From the NCBI RefSeq assembly GCF_011386835.1, contig NC_088793.1:93310001-93374000 (forward strand): a stretch of DNA of 64,000 nt, in the 5' to 3' direction. The translations under genes and the position numbers were made by a program. Source of the stretch: Chrysemys picta bellii (lineage: Eukaryota). The notes under the pieces were generated by a model, which saw only the letters and a program-made list of their open reading frames with translations, ran no database searches and had not been told where the DNA came from. Position 1 is the stretch's first letter, and every line of letters starts with the position of its first letter. Below, piece after piece: positions 1 through 13,648 of the stretch.

Positions 1-2091
1 TTGGATCTCTACAGGCTGATAGTTTTTATGTCCATGATTTATAAGATGCCTCAGACTTATTAATGGCCCTTTTCTACAACTCTTGCTCATGTTGACTAGC
101 ACTTAATCTAGTCAACATTCTATGGACTACTCTACAAGCAAATGTGACTCAGAGAAATCAATGGGAGCAAGGACCCTAACCTCCTTAGGCACATTTGAAA
201 ATCTCACTAGGCCCCTTTCCACATCTTTTGGCACCTAAATACCCTTGTAAATCTGGCCCCTAATGTTTTTTGGATACCAAGGGAGTGAGCCAAATATATC
301 ATAAACATGAAGGCAAGTGATGTCATGTCAAATGTGAGATCCATTTATGTCCTTTCTCATGGTATATTTCCATAGAACATTCATTAGAGATGAATTCAAA
401 GCTACAAAATTCAGATACACATCCAACTCTGAACAACCCCAGAATTCTGAGCTGTTTGAAGCCAGGATTTTGATTTTGATTTATTTGTACCCTTTATATA
501 TGCATCTATCAGAAAGGCTGTCATTATTAGGGTGATAGAAGGTAAAGGACTCGCATGTCCTAGGCAGAGGCAAGATTTCAGTTAGTTACAACAAACAAAT
601 ATACACAGCTTTAACTTTTTTCAGGACATCCACAGGTCAGGTCCGTGCACCAGCTGAGATCCAGAAACAGAGTGGATGTTCCCTGTTAACAACAATTATG
701 AGTCACATGGCTTGAAAGACCTAGGACCTCCTGGCTTCCTTGGGTCAGATAGGGTATATATTGTAGTGTCTGATTGCCCTGTACAGGCCTTCACCCCTAT
801 TCATGAAATATATTGTGAAGAGTTAAGCATTTTTAATGGTTTTCCATAACTCAGTGAAAACCAGAAACAATTTTTTTTCTTTTTAAATGTCAGTTCTAGG
901 AGACAGATTTTTAGAAGATCATACAATATTTCAGTGCATCATTCTTCTAATCTTCCTTTCCTTCAGTTTTCTTGCAGAATGTGTTCTTGTTCTGCCTTGG
1001 CTTTGCATTATACCTTTCCCTGTTTTTGACAACCCTTCTATTGAAAAGTTTATCTTGCCTTAGCTTTTCTGCCTCCAGTCATCATCTACTGTCAGGGTCC
1101 TTTGGGGCATGTTGAACTTTTATTCCAACATTGTCTCACTCATCTGAAGGCTTATCACTATCATTTCTTTCAAAGGCTGTCCCCAGTTTAATAGCTGAAG
1201 GTTAGACAGTATATGATAAAGCCTTTTAATCATGACAGTAGAGTCCTAAACCAATATTATTACCATTCCAGTCTGATTTTTTGAGTTTTTAATTAGCTTG
1301 GCTTGGTGCGTAGGAGAGAAACTTTAGAACAGTCATTAAATTTAATTTGTTGACTGTTCTCCACATTCTTGTATCCATTTAAATAATATGCCTGAGTATT
1401 CTCATAATAAGATCATAATGGAATCTCCATTAATATAGCGCCACACAACTGATATGATACACATGGGTCTTTTTATTGGATTTGTAAGATATTTTTTTTA
1501 AAACTCCTTTCCCATTAAACAGGCAGCAGTAATGGGTTGTGAGTTTTGTTTTCTTAGATGATTCTGAAATATAAACAAAGATACACGTAGGAAATATTGA
1601 TATAATATACTTAAGAAACTTTGAATTAAAAAATTGGAGGGGTAGATTTTTTTTCTATCACTTGTTTAATTTGGGAAAGATACTGACCAGATCAGCCATT
1701 ATGGCATTACTCTCAGGACATAATTAGCCTATGGAACTGATTACCAGGGAAAAGGATCAGAGGTGGAAAGGCATAGTGTGGGGTCTGGGAGTTGGTCTGT
1801 GCCCCTAGTTGTTATCACAATAAAATGTTCCTATTTTTGTGCCAGTTTAAGCTCTCATGGAACAGTGAGCGACTTAAATTCCAGTTACTTGATAATGTCT
1901 TAGGCAGTAGCTTGCCAGATTTCCTTTTCAAAGCACCCCCAAACAAATATAACTGCCTATTCATTATTATATAAGGAGTGTGAGCTGCTGCTGACATCCT
2001 GCTTTGATTCTTGAATTCTAGATAATTCTTTTGAGATTTCTTTCCATCTTTTCCAGCTAGTAAATGTTACTTCTCCCAACAGGCAGAATAA

Positions 2092-2369
2092 AAGTATATC
2101 TACACTGCATTTGGAGATGTGATTGCAGCTCGGATACGCATATATGCATTAGCTATCACAGATAAGTGCAGTCATGGAGGCATGGGCTTTGGCACAAGTT
2201 ACCAAGGCAAGTACATGCCCAGCATCCCTAGCATGGTTGTACAGCCTGTGCTGAAACCTGTGCTGCCATATTTTCACTGCTCTTTTTATCCATGCTGGCT
2301 AGATTAAAGCCCGCGTAGGTGTGCCAACCCATGCTGTGATCACATCTCCGATTGCATAAAGACATACCC
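2092..2369. mobile_element. Harbinger-type MITE, degenerate
   Basis: Left end AAGTATATCTACACTGCA..GGAGATGTGAT is the inverted match of right end ATCACATCTCCGATTGCATAAAGACATACCC; flanks TAA/TGA. Confidence 0.7.
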
Positions 2370-3296
2370 TGAGAGTCAGATGGAACTCCGTATACATTTG
2401 TGGTGTATTGAAAACTGTGTACAAAATGTGATCTATCACTTTAAATTCTATGGTTTTTCCCCTGATCTGGCCTGCAGATGAGGGTGTTCTGTACATATGA
2501 TCAGAATCAGTCTGAAGGCAGACAGCCTAGCGTAATGTGGGGTGAAGTTGTGCTTCTCTGTTTAACAGAGCAGTCTGCTTTGTCTCTCTTTTGGGGATTC
2601 TTATGTGTTATTGTTCTGAATTCTAAGAAAGCAAGCAGTATTACCTTGCAACCTTCCAGCAAGAGTATTTTATGTTTTCATCTAAGTTCTCTGGGTGTAG
2701 GCCATGAACATAAAAGTTTTGTTCTTTGGCTGAAACCTAGGTGAAACCTTTTCTCCTTCTGATGCATGATGCTCTTATTCTGAATAAGAAAATAACATTC
2801 CCTAGCTTGGGCCTTTTGTAGCACACAGCAGTGAAGTACTACCAAGGCTTGGCACCACACACAGTCTCTCCCTGTATTCCCCCCCCCCCCCCCCCAGGTC
2901 AAATCTACATCAAGAACAATGTGAAATTTTAAGGCAAGAAAAATAGTGTTTATAGTTTTAGGTCCATCCCTTACTCCAGCCATTTACCCCTCTTTTTCCT
3001 ACTCTTCCCTCCCCCCCGCAACAAATGCTTATTAATGGGGAATGATGAGATTCACTCTTTCATATTAATCCCTTAACTTGGGGGTGGACCTAGCAGAAAG
3101 CTTTCATTCAGATTTTGTCCTTGTGTTGGAGGCATCATTAGGTATAGGCTTGGAACACACACAAAAATTCTTGGTATCTTTTTATTTTAAAGTAACATAG
3201 CATTAGGCTCGGTGTGGAGATAGAGCATATTGAAGTATGTTTGTGCCAGCAGTTGTCTATTAAGTCCAATGTGGTGTTATGCAATGATAGCATGTC

Positions 3297-3975
3297 TGTA
3301 CCAGCATGGCACCCACCTCTCATGAGCACCCCCTGGTTGAGTGTGTCCATAGTCTTTAAATAGTTCCACTGCTGGTATTGGTCCGTATCCGCAGGGCTTC
3401 ATCCTTGGAGGCAATGGTTTCACCCTCTTTGGTCATTGCTCACCCCAGCTCTCCTGCTGGGCCTCTTAACAGGTTGGTTCCCCTTCTGGGGCTTTATCTC
3501 TGTCTGAGAGTAGGCTACTCCTCAGCGGCCTATGGGGAGACCTGATCCCACCCACTACTCCAGGTCCCAGCCCAGGGACCCTATGAATAGTAGTCACAAG
3601 CCACAGTGTACATTTAAAGAGCTTCATTCAGTTCCTGGGCCACTTCCTTGTAGCCCATCTTAGTTGAATCCCAGCAGCCAGCCAGAAGTTCCTTCCTCGC
3701 TCCCCTGGTCCCTGCCAGCAGACTGATCTATCCAGCTCTCTCACTCCTGCAGCCATCCAGGAGTATCTCTTGCTCCCCAGTCTCTGCCAGCAGACTGAAC
3801 TCACTCTGGCCCTGCAGTTCCTTTTATTTGAGCCAGCTTGGCCAAGATTGTCTGCTCCCTACATCCCCTTTCCTGATTGGCTGCATCCCTCTCTATTGCT
3901 CTTTTCTGGGGCACAGTGTGGCAGGGCCACAAGGCATCCAGCAGTGGGCCTTAAGGTCTAGTCCACCCTGTCACA
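3297..3975. mobile_element. Solo LTR (Gypsy-like)
   Basis: TG...CA ends (TGTACC / TGTCACA) with exact 5-bp TSD ATGTC at 3292-3296 and 3976-3980. Confidence 0.75.
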
Positions 3976-4722
3976 ATGTCCAAAATAACTGAAGCAGTGA
4001 GTCTGAGGCCAACTTCCAAACTGTCTTCACTTCAGAGAGAGCAATGCAAACCCTACATCTAAGGAAATTATGCTCAGAGGTACAGTTTGAGTAACAGTGG
4101 ATCAAAAAAATGAGACTTGCAATTTATGTTAACTTCAGGAGCTTCCCTTCTAAGACTTCATGCATCACATTACAGATTGATCCCAAATGGACATGACTAG
4201 CAATTAATCATTTACTCTCAGATATTTGATCATCCCAAATATAACTTTATGAGCTTTCTTCAAACACAACTTTTCAGGAAAAAAGTTTTTTCTTCCTGTC
4301 TGTACTATTGCAAAGCAACTTAACAGCAGGCTAAGATAGCTACTGTCTATGATTTAAAACATATTTTTTTATTGATAAACTAGAAATTACTTGAAGAGGA
4401 CCTTAATTTTACCCCAGGCTATCCACCTGCCACTGCTTGAAAAAGCAACTTTTGAAACTTGTGTATTGCTTAGGGTAGGTTGACTCTAAATTTACCTTTG
4501 ATATCAAATGAGAAAAATATCAAACACTTCAGGAAATTTGAAGATCTAAATGCAAAAAGTTTTTAAACTCATTAGACACATCCTTGATTACTCTTGACCT
4601 TTTTGGATCTCTGACATGCAAATTACTCTTCTTTAATTTTAATACAATTACTCATGGCTTGTTTTATTTTTATTTTTTCAAACAGGTTGCATGATATATG
4701 AGAAATCTAGAAAATGCAGCTC

Positions 4723-5804
4723 TGTAGGGTTAGGGTTTGGTCAAACATATGTGCTCTGGCTACAGGGATGCCTCTTTTAGTGCTTCACGAGTGCACCCTG
4801 TAGGTGACGGGCCTACCTTCCTGCACCACACTCTAGGTGAAACTACATGGTTCAACTACTCTGGGACTGAGTCTCTAGGCATCATCACCCCCAGTTTCTC
4901 AACTGAGTTCATGTGATAGGCCCAACTGCCTTTGATACTTGTAAACCCTTTCACTTCTGTAACCAGCAAATTTATTAAAGTGACTCAAAAACAGCATCTT
5001 CAAACCAAAGCATTATTTATTTATTCCTTCCCCAAAAGACACAAAACCTGTAGATCAGAAGGTAAAAACAATAGAAGGCCCATACCGTGGGGTCTTACTT
5101 ACAACTTACTCTTTTCTTGCCAGCTTCTGCAAGTTCCCCTGAGCCCAGCTTACCCCCATCCCTGGCTGGGAGCAACAGACTGTCCTGCTTGCAGCATATT
5201 CCCTCTGTATCTGCTTTTGCTGATTCCCTGGGCCACTTCTCTTAGGACACCAAACCGCACTCTATTTTGTAGGTCTGGGGACCTGTAGCATTTTAGTGTT
5301 CTCTCTCCTTCATGTTGACAAAATAGCAGTGTATCATGAGGGGTGGGGCCAGGAGTCACCTCTTTATGATTGTAAACACGGGCAGCACGTAAACCCCCTG
5401 TTTGGGGAGGCTAGCTCCCTACCCTGCCCCTTCCACCATAGGCCGCACCCTACCCCACTCCTTCCACCCGAGCCCCCATCCACTCTGCCCCCCTCCTCTT
5501 GCCCATCTGGGCCAGAGGAGACCCATGGCCGGAGGATCCCCGGCCTGCCCCCGGTCCACACCCCCGAGTCGCTCTGAGCCCCGCCCACCCGGAGGAGCTC
5601 TGAGCCCCACTGCAACCTGGCCCTGGGAGTATTTAGCTAAGATTTGGGGAGGCTTAGCCTCCTCCAGCCTCCATTACACGCTGTCCATAACTGAAAACCT
5701 GGTTATTGGTCTGAGTGTTTGCTGGGATGCTCCTTATCTAGGCCAACAATTTACCTTTTCTGCTTGTGTCCTCTAATAATCCCTTTTGATCTAACTCTGT
5801 AACA
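4723..5804 (-). mobile_element. Probable LTR remnant containing a GC-rich MITE-like insert (~5380-5626)
   Basis: TGTA...TGTAACA ends, minus-strand AATAAA near 5015, GC-rich block ending GCAACCTGGCCCTG; no TSD found, boundaries approximate. Confidence 0.35.
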
Positions 5805-6568
5805 AGTAACCCATCATAAACAAACACACCAGTATGTGCAACATATCCATACAAAATAAGATCGATGTTTCCCACTTTGTCACAACATATTTAACCAGAT
5901 TTGAATAGTCAGTAAACTTTTTTAAGCATATGAGGTAACTTTACATGTAAGGTCTCAGACCCCAATCCTGCAAAGATTTATATACATGCTTAACTTTACA
6001 CACTGTGAATCTTTGTAGGACTGAGGCCTAAATATGGACTTTAAGTTTAATACTTAAAAACTAGCACTTTTCATATTAACAGAACAGGTGGGGATCAGTG
6101 ATGAGTGTAGTGCTGCGCTCGTATAATCTAATCTTATTGTTGGCTTCAGTAGTGCCTTGTCTGAAGCACTGAAGATGCTGCTTTTTTCCTGCTGCCTGTG
6201 CCATTGAACATACTAATGAGCAATAGGCAAAGGGAATATTCTGATTCTGAGTCATCACTACATGATGTGAAAAATCTGCCTTTATCCCCAGAAGACAGAA
6301 AAGCTGCTTAACATTAGCAATTGCTCTGTTGCACTGTAATATTGAAAAGAGGGGCCTATAAGAGAGAGCTTTGAAATGAGGTCCTGTGCTGCATCATTAC
6401 CAGTTACTGTTATACCTGCCCTGACTACAAAACAGGTACAAAAAAATCCAGAACTCAAAAGGCCGTCCTCTTAATGTGGATAGAAATTATGTTTAACACA
6501 ATGAAGAAAATATATCCTGACCCTAATGGAAAAGCAAGCCTTTAATTCTCTGGCACAATTCTCTGGCC

Positions 6569-7044
6569 TGTCACACAAGAAGAACTGCAACCTCACAGGG
6601 GTCTTTGTCTGGACTGGTGGGAAACAAGAGCAATTGCTCCTTTAGGGGTTCCCTCCTTCCTCAAAGGTTGGAAAAGGGAGGTGGATAGAAGTGGCAGGGG
6701 AAGGCATCATCTAAGCTGGTGGGCAGGCTGCGGGGCTCAGGTAAGCCATTAGGCCCTGCGTACCCATGGGAGGGTATATAAACCCAGTTCCTCCATCCAA
6801 AGCCCCCTCACACACCTGGATTGAGAGGTGGGAGAAGGCAGGCAAGTTAATTGCTGGTGCCTCCTTGTGGCAGGTTTCCAGTGCATGTACTTGCTCCATA
6901 GGGAGTTTGGTTCCCTGATGAACTGGAAGTGTGAACATAGGGGAAGACATCCCATAAAGAAGTTGGGAAATGGGGTTGGGGCCTCTAATATCTGATACAA
7001 AGAGGAGACAATCTCTTTAACTGTCATATGAGATAAGGGTTACA
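6569..7044 (+). mobile_element. Possible solo LTR
   Basis: TGTCACAC start, TATATAAA near 6775, GGGTTACA end; TSD not convincing. Confidence 0.35.
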
Positions 7045-7224
7045 GGGTCCCAGCAATTGTCTGGGGAACAGCTGTCCCAGTACAAGAGATGGCATCAGCC
7101 TTTCACCAAGTGGAAACAATGAAGGAAGGACTCATGACCTGCACTGTATGAGTATTTCTGAGTAGGTCCCAGCTGAGTTAAAGTTTTGGGCTAAAAAAAA
7201 GCACAATTGCCTTGGAGATGAGAG

Positions 7225-7225
<1 letters not shown>

Positions 7226-7268
<43 letters not shown>
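7226..7268. repeat. Compound (GT)n(GA)n microsatellite
   Basis: Directly visible. Confidence 0.95.
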
Positions 7269-7450
7269 AATCTAACATGTTCTCTCCACCCTCACATTTA
7301 GTGTTGTTTGTCTTGCTCGTTATTACTGTTATTAGTGGTCCTTTTCAGCAACAGTGTCCCAAGCTGCATAATTAGCACTGTACCTCATTGGTTGTCAAGA
7401 AATTTGCTACATTCAGAAGAGGATTATGGAAATGAATGGAAAATAAAATT

Positions 7451-7833
7451 TCACCGAATGAATTAATAGGCAGCAGGTTTAAAACAAACATAAGGAAATA
7501 CTTCTTCACACAACACACTGTCAACCTGGGGAACTCATTGCCAGGGGATGTTGATAAAGCCAAAAATTATAACTGGGTTCAAAAAGAATTAGCTAAATTT
7601 ATAGAGGAATGGTCCATCAATGGCTATTAGTCAAGAGGGTCAGGAACTCAACTACATGCTCTGGCTATCCCTAAATCTTGGATTGCCAGAATCTGGGACT
7701 GGGGATGGATCATTCTATAGTTACCCTATTCTTTTCATTTCCTCTGAAACATCTGGTACCAGCCACTGTTGGAAGACAGGATACTGGGCTAGATGGACCA
7801 TTGGTCTGACACAGTATGGCTATTCGTATGTTA
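7451..7833 (+). mobile_element. CR1 LINE 3' fragment
   Basis: ORF2 C-terminus GSRFKTNIRKYFFTQHTVNLGNSLP, then CR1 3' UTR ending GGGCTAGATGGACCATTGGTCTGAC..TTCGTATG. Confidence 0.9.
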
Positions 7834-7937
7834 TTTCCTTGTGTTAATATTGTGTGTTTAACCGTCCATATAGCTTTAAACAAAAAGTCAGCTTAAATGA
7901 GGTGTACATTTCAATTTAAAATGCCCAATAAATTTAT

Positions 7938-8250
7938 TAGAGCAGGCTGAAATTTTTCAAATGACATTTTTTTTTAAATACAGCTAGATTTGAAAATAGA
8001 ATTTTTTTTAAAAAAAGTTGCTTTTTTGGAATTTTCCAAAGTTTCTCTGAGAAAAACTGAAAAAATGTCATTTTTGTTTCCCCTCCATCTTTCCCCCCTT
8101 TGCCCCTCCCCACCCATTTCAGTTGCAAACTAGAAAAAAAGGGAACAGGGAGGATGAAGAAAAATTTAAAAAATGGGGAAAAAGGCACAGAAATTCAATC
8201 AGTTCTTTTTTCAAAAATCTTCTGAATGAAAGGTTTCCCCCCTTTCCCCC
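7938..8250. mobile_element. AT-rich hAT-type MITE fragment
   Basis: Starts TAGAGCAGGCTGAAATTTTTCAA, like the left end of the 23076 element; right end unclear. Confidence 0.4.
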
Positions 8251-9157
8251 AATTAAAAAATAGAATGTATATGAAGTTTAATGTTGTCTGCTGAAAAAGA
8301 TTTAGGGAGAGGGATTTTATCATTATTATTTATACAGACCATGGGTAAAATGAATTCATATGTGCATACATGTTTACATAAATAAAATGTAATTAACTTC
8401 ATAATGTCAAACCAGGACCAGGAATAATTTGTAACAATTTGTGTTTTGAGCATCTATGACAGTGTACACAAATGTATGTGTATGAACAAGCTTCTGAAAG
8501 TATTGAGAATCCCTTGGCGTAAGAATGTTAATAGAAAATCTTATTAAATGTTTAAACTTTTTAATCCCTCTTACATAAATGAAATAATTATTTGTTTCTA
8601 ATTTGAAATGATTTTTTTTTTCAGCTAAGGTATTTGCCTCTAATTATAAACCCAAACTACAATTTTGGCTTTACCGTCTGGCATATTAATTACTAGCTCT
8701 GAATTACTATGGATTTTAAAACAATTAAAGCTAGGCACCATATCAGAAGATGAGTTTGGAATAATTTATTTATTTTATAATTATAAATTTAGCTGCATAA
8801 TATCTAGTCCCATCAATCACTGATCACAAACTAGAAATATGAACCAGAAGACATATGACCAGCTGTAAAATAAAGAGAACCAAATATAAATTCAAAAGGT
8901 GAAATCTCTCTCTTGAATTCTTCTCATCTGAACTTTCCCATTTTCTCTCTTTATATTCTTCTTCTTAGCATATGTGCAATGTGCCTCAGGTGGCACGTGA
9001 CCAGGATTCATCACCGAATTTGGTGCACTGGTTGGATCATTAGCTTCCCAGGCCTGGGGGAGTGCAACATGAATGCTGATGCATGCCCCCCACTCTTATA
9101 TTTAATGGCCTTAAACTGTTCTGTACCATGTCTCACCCATCACCACTCACTCTACAC

Positions 9158-9378
9158 CAGTGGTTCTCAAACTTTTGTACTGGTGACCCCTTTCACATAG
9201 CAAGCCTCTGAGTGAGACCCCCTCCCCTTTAAATTAAAATCACTTTTTTACATATTTGACACCATTATAAATGCTGGAGGCAAAGCGGGGTTTGGGGTGG
9301 AGGCTGGCAGCTCGCGACCCCACCCCATGTATTAACCTTGTGACCCCCTGCGGGGTCCCAACCCCCAGTTTGAGAACC
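9158..9378. mobile_element. hAT MITE
   Basis: TIR CAGTGGTTCTCAAAC / GTTTGAGAACC; 8-bp TSD CTCTACAC at 9150-9157 and 9379-9386. Confidence 0.85.
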
Positions 9379-10556
9379 CTCTACACTCTCCCATCAATTG
9401 CTCACTCATCAGTCCCACACGAGCCATCCTTCTTCATGTCATATCTAGGGTTTGAGTCTGATCTGTCAGCATTTTTAGACAGTTCCTCATTTACTGAAAA
9501 ATGTCAATTTAAGCCAAAACTTCCTTCCCAGATAACAATTTATAGCCAACAGTCCTCAGCCTAGATAGACTAATATCACACTGAGCTCATTCTGTGCAGA
9601 TGTAATGTAAAATTGTTTCTACTTTCTCTTAACTGTCACCATCTAGATAGATATTATATAGATAATTCTCAATCCTCATATTAGTTTACTATGTGTTCTT
9701 ATAGGCAAAAGTGAAACAGTAGTAACTCTGTTACTTGAAAAATCACTTTCATGCTTCTGTATCTTTGTTCAAGAAACTTGCCACATCTGGTTACATCAAA
9801 TAATGTCTCCAAGGCATTAGGTATACATGGTTCTTTCAGTCAGCTTTATACTGCAGATAAACACAGTTTCTGTTAGACAAATGTGCTCCTGAACTAACGT
9901 AACAAGTTATTCAGTCACTGCTCTTTTTAATCACTTATTGACTTAACAGAAATGTATGTTCCATTTTAAGCCCATTCTAGAATGGACCCCTAACTATGGA
10001 GTCATTTCCAGGAAACTATCATGTTGCATATTTCTTTTTTAATTTACATTCCCAGAAATTCTATGGCAAGAAGATCTGAAAAATAGTAAAACCTAGAAAG
10101 CTTGCTGAATTATTTCAAAATTGCAGCTTCTTCACTTGTCATCATATTATCTGGTAAGTGTATCTGGGTGCTATCTGTTGTGCTAAGATGAAGTTCATGA
10201 GTGTTATCTTATGTAGAACTAGCTGTGGCAAACTTCCCACTTTTCTTCATCAGGAAGACTACTGATTAAAAATATAGCTGGCTTCACACCCTGAATTGCT
10301 TCATTGCACTATGAGTAAGAGATAAAATATGGATAATTTCCAAATGCTGTAGATTGGATCTCTAAGCTCAGCAAGATAATCAAGAAGGCAAACCCCCAAG
10401 CACATAAAGACAAGCATCCCACAAAAGCAATTAAATAAAGAACGCAAAGAGCTTGAAAGAATCCCCTGAATTTCTATAAAACTTTTTTCTACAATGAGTT
10501 CATACATCTCTGGGGAATCATATTAAAAAAAATATTGCCATGCATTTTGTTTAAAC

Positions 10557-10636
10557 TTGTTAGTCTCTAAGGTGCCACAAGTACTCCTGTTCTTCTTTTT
10601 GCGGATACAGACTAACACGGCTGCTACTCTGAAACC
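10557..10636 (+). mobile_element. Penelope-like element terminal fragment
   Basis: TTGTTAGTCTCTAAGGTGCCACAAGTACTCC..CAGACTAACACGGCTGCTACTCTGAAACC; related to the reverse complement of 18325-18355. Confidence 0.75.
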
Positions 10637-10889
10637 TGTCAATAAATTCCAATCATTTCAATACTACGTAATTACTGATGTTACATTACATTTAAAAAGA
10701 ACCAGAAACTAGGAACCAGAAAATGTGGTCCACTGGTTTACCACAGTTAGCACAATGGGAAATCCCTGTTTTTCAAAACAGATTGCTATTTGAAAAATAG
10801 AGCTCAGGGTGCATATAGAAGATTAGAAAATATTTAAATTCTAAAAGATAACCTGTGTATATGTCACAGGTCACAAAGGAATCCAATAA

Positions 10890-10980
10890 AAAGCAACAGA
10901 GGGTCTAAGGGTCTAAGACTAACAGAAGTATTGGGAGCATAAGTTTTCATGGGTAAGAACCTCACTTCTTCAGATGCAAG
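10890..10980 (-). mobile_element. Penelope-like terminal fragment with degenerate hammerhead motif
   Basis: Close match to 18319-18411; minus strand GCAT-CTGAAGA-A-GTGAG..CCCAT-GAAA-ACTT-ATGC. Confidence 0.75.
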
Positions 10981-12507
10981 GTAACTCACTCACAGAAGTG
11001 CACTTTTGTAGTGTGGCTACTAGGCAACTGTTCCATCACTCTCTCACTCCCCAGAATAACTTTTTCATGATCTGAATTAAAAGCAGTTGATGAGGACTGT
11101 GAATTTCTGGGAATTTATGCAAATATTTCAGCTACAACAGAGGATGGGATTGAATTGTCCACAGTTGCCTGATTTCTTCAATGTTCTGTTATCTTTAATC
11201 TAGCATGGATTTGTGCTTTTACAAGCTACAAGTTTTTATTTGCTTTCATTTATTAAAATTCCCTAAGGTAAATGATTTTAAAGATGTAAATGACCACTAC
11301 ACACATGCACGCACATGTGCACACACACACAGAGTAAACACTGGAAATGTTATCATTCTTTTTACATTTTAGCACTTAGCCAGTAGTACTTCTCTTGATT
11401 TCCTTTAACACTTGTTTTATGCTAGGTTGGTTTTTTTCCCCCGCAATTACACTTCAGAAGAAAGCCACGAAAGAGCAGGTGCTAGGCGATTTGCGTCACA
11501 GAATGGGAAGGCTGATGAGCTGCTGTCCTCAGATGTTTCCTCCAACCAAGTTCTGTATACCCCAGGTATGAAGCCGAACAGCCATCATTCTCACTACAGC
11601 AATTTTCAGTCAATTGTTCTGTTAAATAGGAAAATATTACTTCAAGGCTGCAGAAATGATAAGCTGACCCTCCAGCTCTGCTTTGAAAGGTCATTTTGAT
11701 TAATATAGGTAAAATTGGGAAGTAAATGCATTTTCATAGGCTCGTCTCTCTCTCTAGCTTTTACTGGTCTAATGGCCTGATATTTTTACAGAAGTGCTGA
11801 GCACCTGCCGTTTCTAGTGAAGTCAATGGGAGCTGCAGGCACTTAGTACCTCTGACAATCCGGCTATATCTCTCAGCTTTCCCTCTGTCTCTCCTTCCCT
11901 CCCCCAGTTTTTCTCATTATGTTAATGTAATGGCTTCTTTGACAAAGAAACTTCATTCGTAATCTTGGAAGTATAATGACTTTAATTTTCAAGGTTGTAT
12001 TTTGAGAAAACTATTAATGCCCCCTTTGAAGTCATCAAAACTGAATTATGTTTCAGGAAAAATATTAAGTACTTTAGAAGTCTCTTACAGGCTCAACTAA
12101 AGCCAATCAGCAGTCCAGTTGCAATTATTTAAAAGCACAGCACTCTGGATTGTTAAACACATTATGAATTATCCATGAATTATCCACGCTCCATCCTATT
12201 GTCTAAAATTAAAGGTCTCTGCCATTTTCAATCTTTATCAAAGATTGTCACCAGAATAATTATGTTTTTAATGCGTTGAAGAAACTTTTCATTGTTTTAA
12301 TATTATCCAGATAGTTGCTCAAGATAATAAAAGGGATGGAATCGGGGTGTGAAGAGGTGAAATTGCACCTCTCTTAAATAATGCAGATTTGTTTCTTTTT
12401 ACTATGATACAAATAATATTTTTAGAATAATGTCATTTCAAAGTTTTTTTCCCACAATTTTAGGTATAAAAGAATAATATGGGCTTGGAACTAATTACAG
12501 GGAATAA

Positions 12508-12690
12508 GGGCTTGTCTAGACACAAAAGTTGTACTGTTGTACTGTATATTGGTACAATCCCTCCAGTATGGGGGCAGTTATCCTGGAATAAAGGTGCTTA
12601 TATTGGTATAGCTATTCCCATATGGGAAGGGGCATAATCTATACTGGTATAAACACCTTTATACTGGTACAACTGCATCCACACTGCATT
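12508..12690. mobile_element. Harbinger-type MITE, partial
   Basis: TAA|GGGCTTGTCTAGAC start resembles Harbinger TIRs seen elsewhere in the window; right TIR not found. Confidence 0.5.
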
Positions 12691-13648
12691 CACACCATTT
12701 TTATAAATCCTTTGGTTCTCTGGTGCAACAGATTTATGACCTGTACTTATTAGTTTGATTCCTTCAGCCCATCTCACTCCACTTTTTTTTTTTTACATTA
12801 ATCTCAGATTTGGGATGTACCCTGCCAGAATATATTAAACCTATTAGGAACAAATGCTTGAATTAAGGGCATGTGTGACAGAATAAAATGGTGAGATAAT
12901 ACAGCTACTGATTTGGGGGGAATGGGAGTTAATTCAGAATTACAACTACTGGTTATTCCAGAGAAACAAACAAATGAAGAGATGGTGCATTTTACAGATC
13001 AGAGGAAAATGCAGAGATTCAAATGTTTCGAACAGCAAACAAACAGTAGGTCAAAGCACACTATGGAACATCTAGTGTGAAGTAGCAGGCCCCATGTGGC
13101 TCCTTAGCATTCAGCAAGCTAATGTGCTGTAGGTTCACACATTGGCCGGTTGCACACTAAATCGCCATGTAGAAAAGCCCTAAGGAAATGTGGCTGTGCA
13201 TTTATACGCATTCAATGGTCAAGCTTGTAGCACCACTTTCTCTATACCAGGGCTTGTAAGTCAGCCATAAAAAGTTGTTCCTTGTTGAAACATGGGATAA
13301 ATAGGAAAGGAATGTTTTAATCAGATTTCTAAAATGTAAATATTTGTTTTTCTAAGTGAGGTAATGGTTGGTACTGAGCATGTGCAAATGGGGTATTTGC
13401 TTAAGGGTATATAAGGAAGTCCTATTTGCACAGTATATAATACCAGACACTTAGAGCAGGGCAGTCAGTCAATGGGAAGAAAAGGAAAATAACTGGACTG
13501 GAGAGAGAGTTTCAGTCGGGAGAAGCCAGAGAACTGAAAGCCACCAAAGAGAAAGCTGCTGGAAAGAAATCAGAAAAGCTGCTGAAGAGAGAGAGAAGAA
13601 AACCAGAGCAGAGAAAAGCTGACTGACCAAGAGCTGAACAGCAATAGT

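Noticed and set aside
4725-4737. TAGGGTTAGGGTT telomere-like motif
   Set aside because: Only about two units; expected by chance
5296-5776. Overlapping Pro/Gly-rich ORFs
   Set aside because: GC-rich repeat insert with no domain signature
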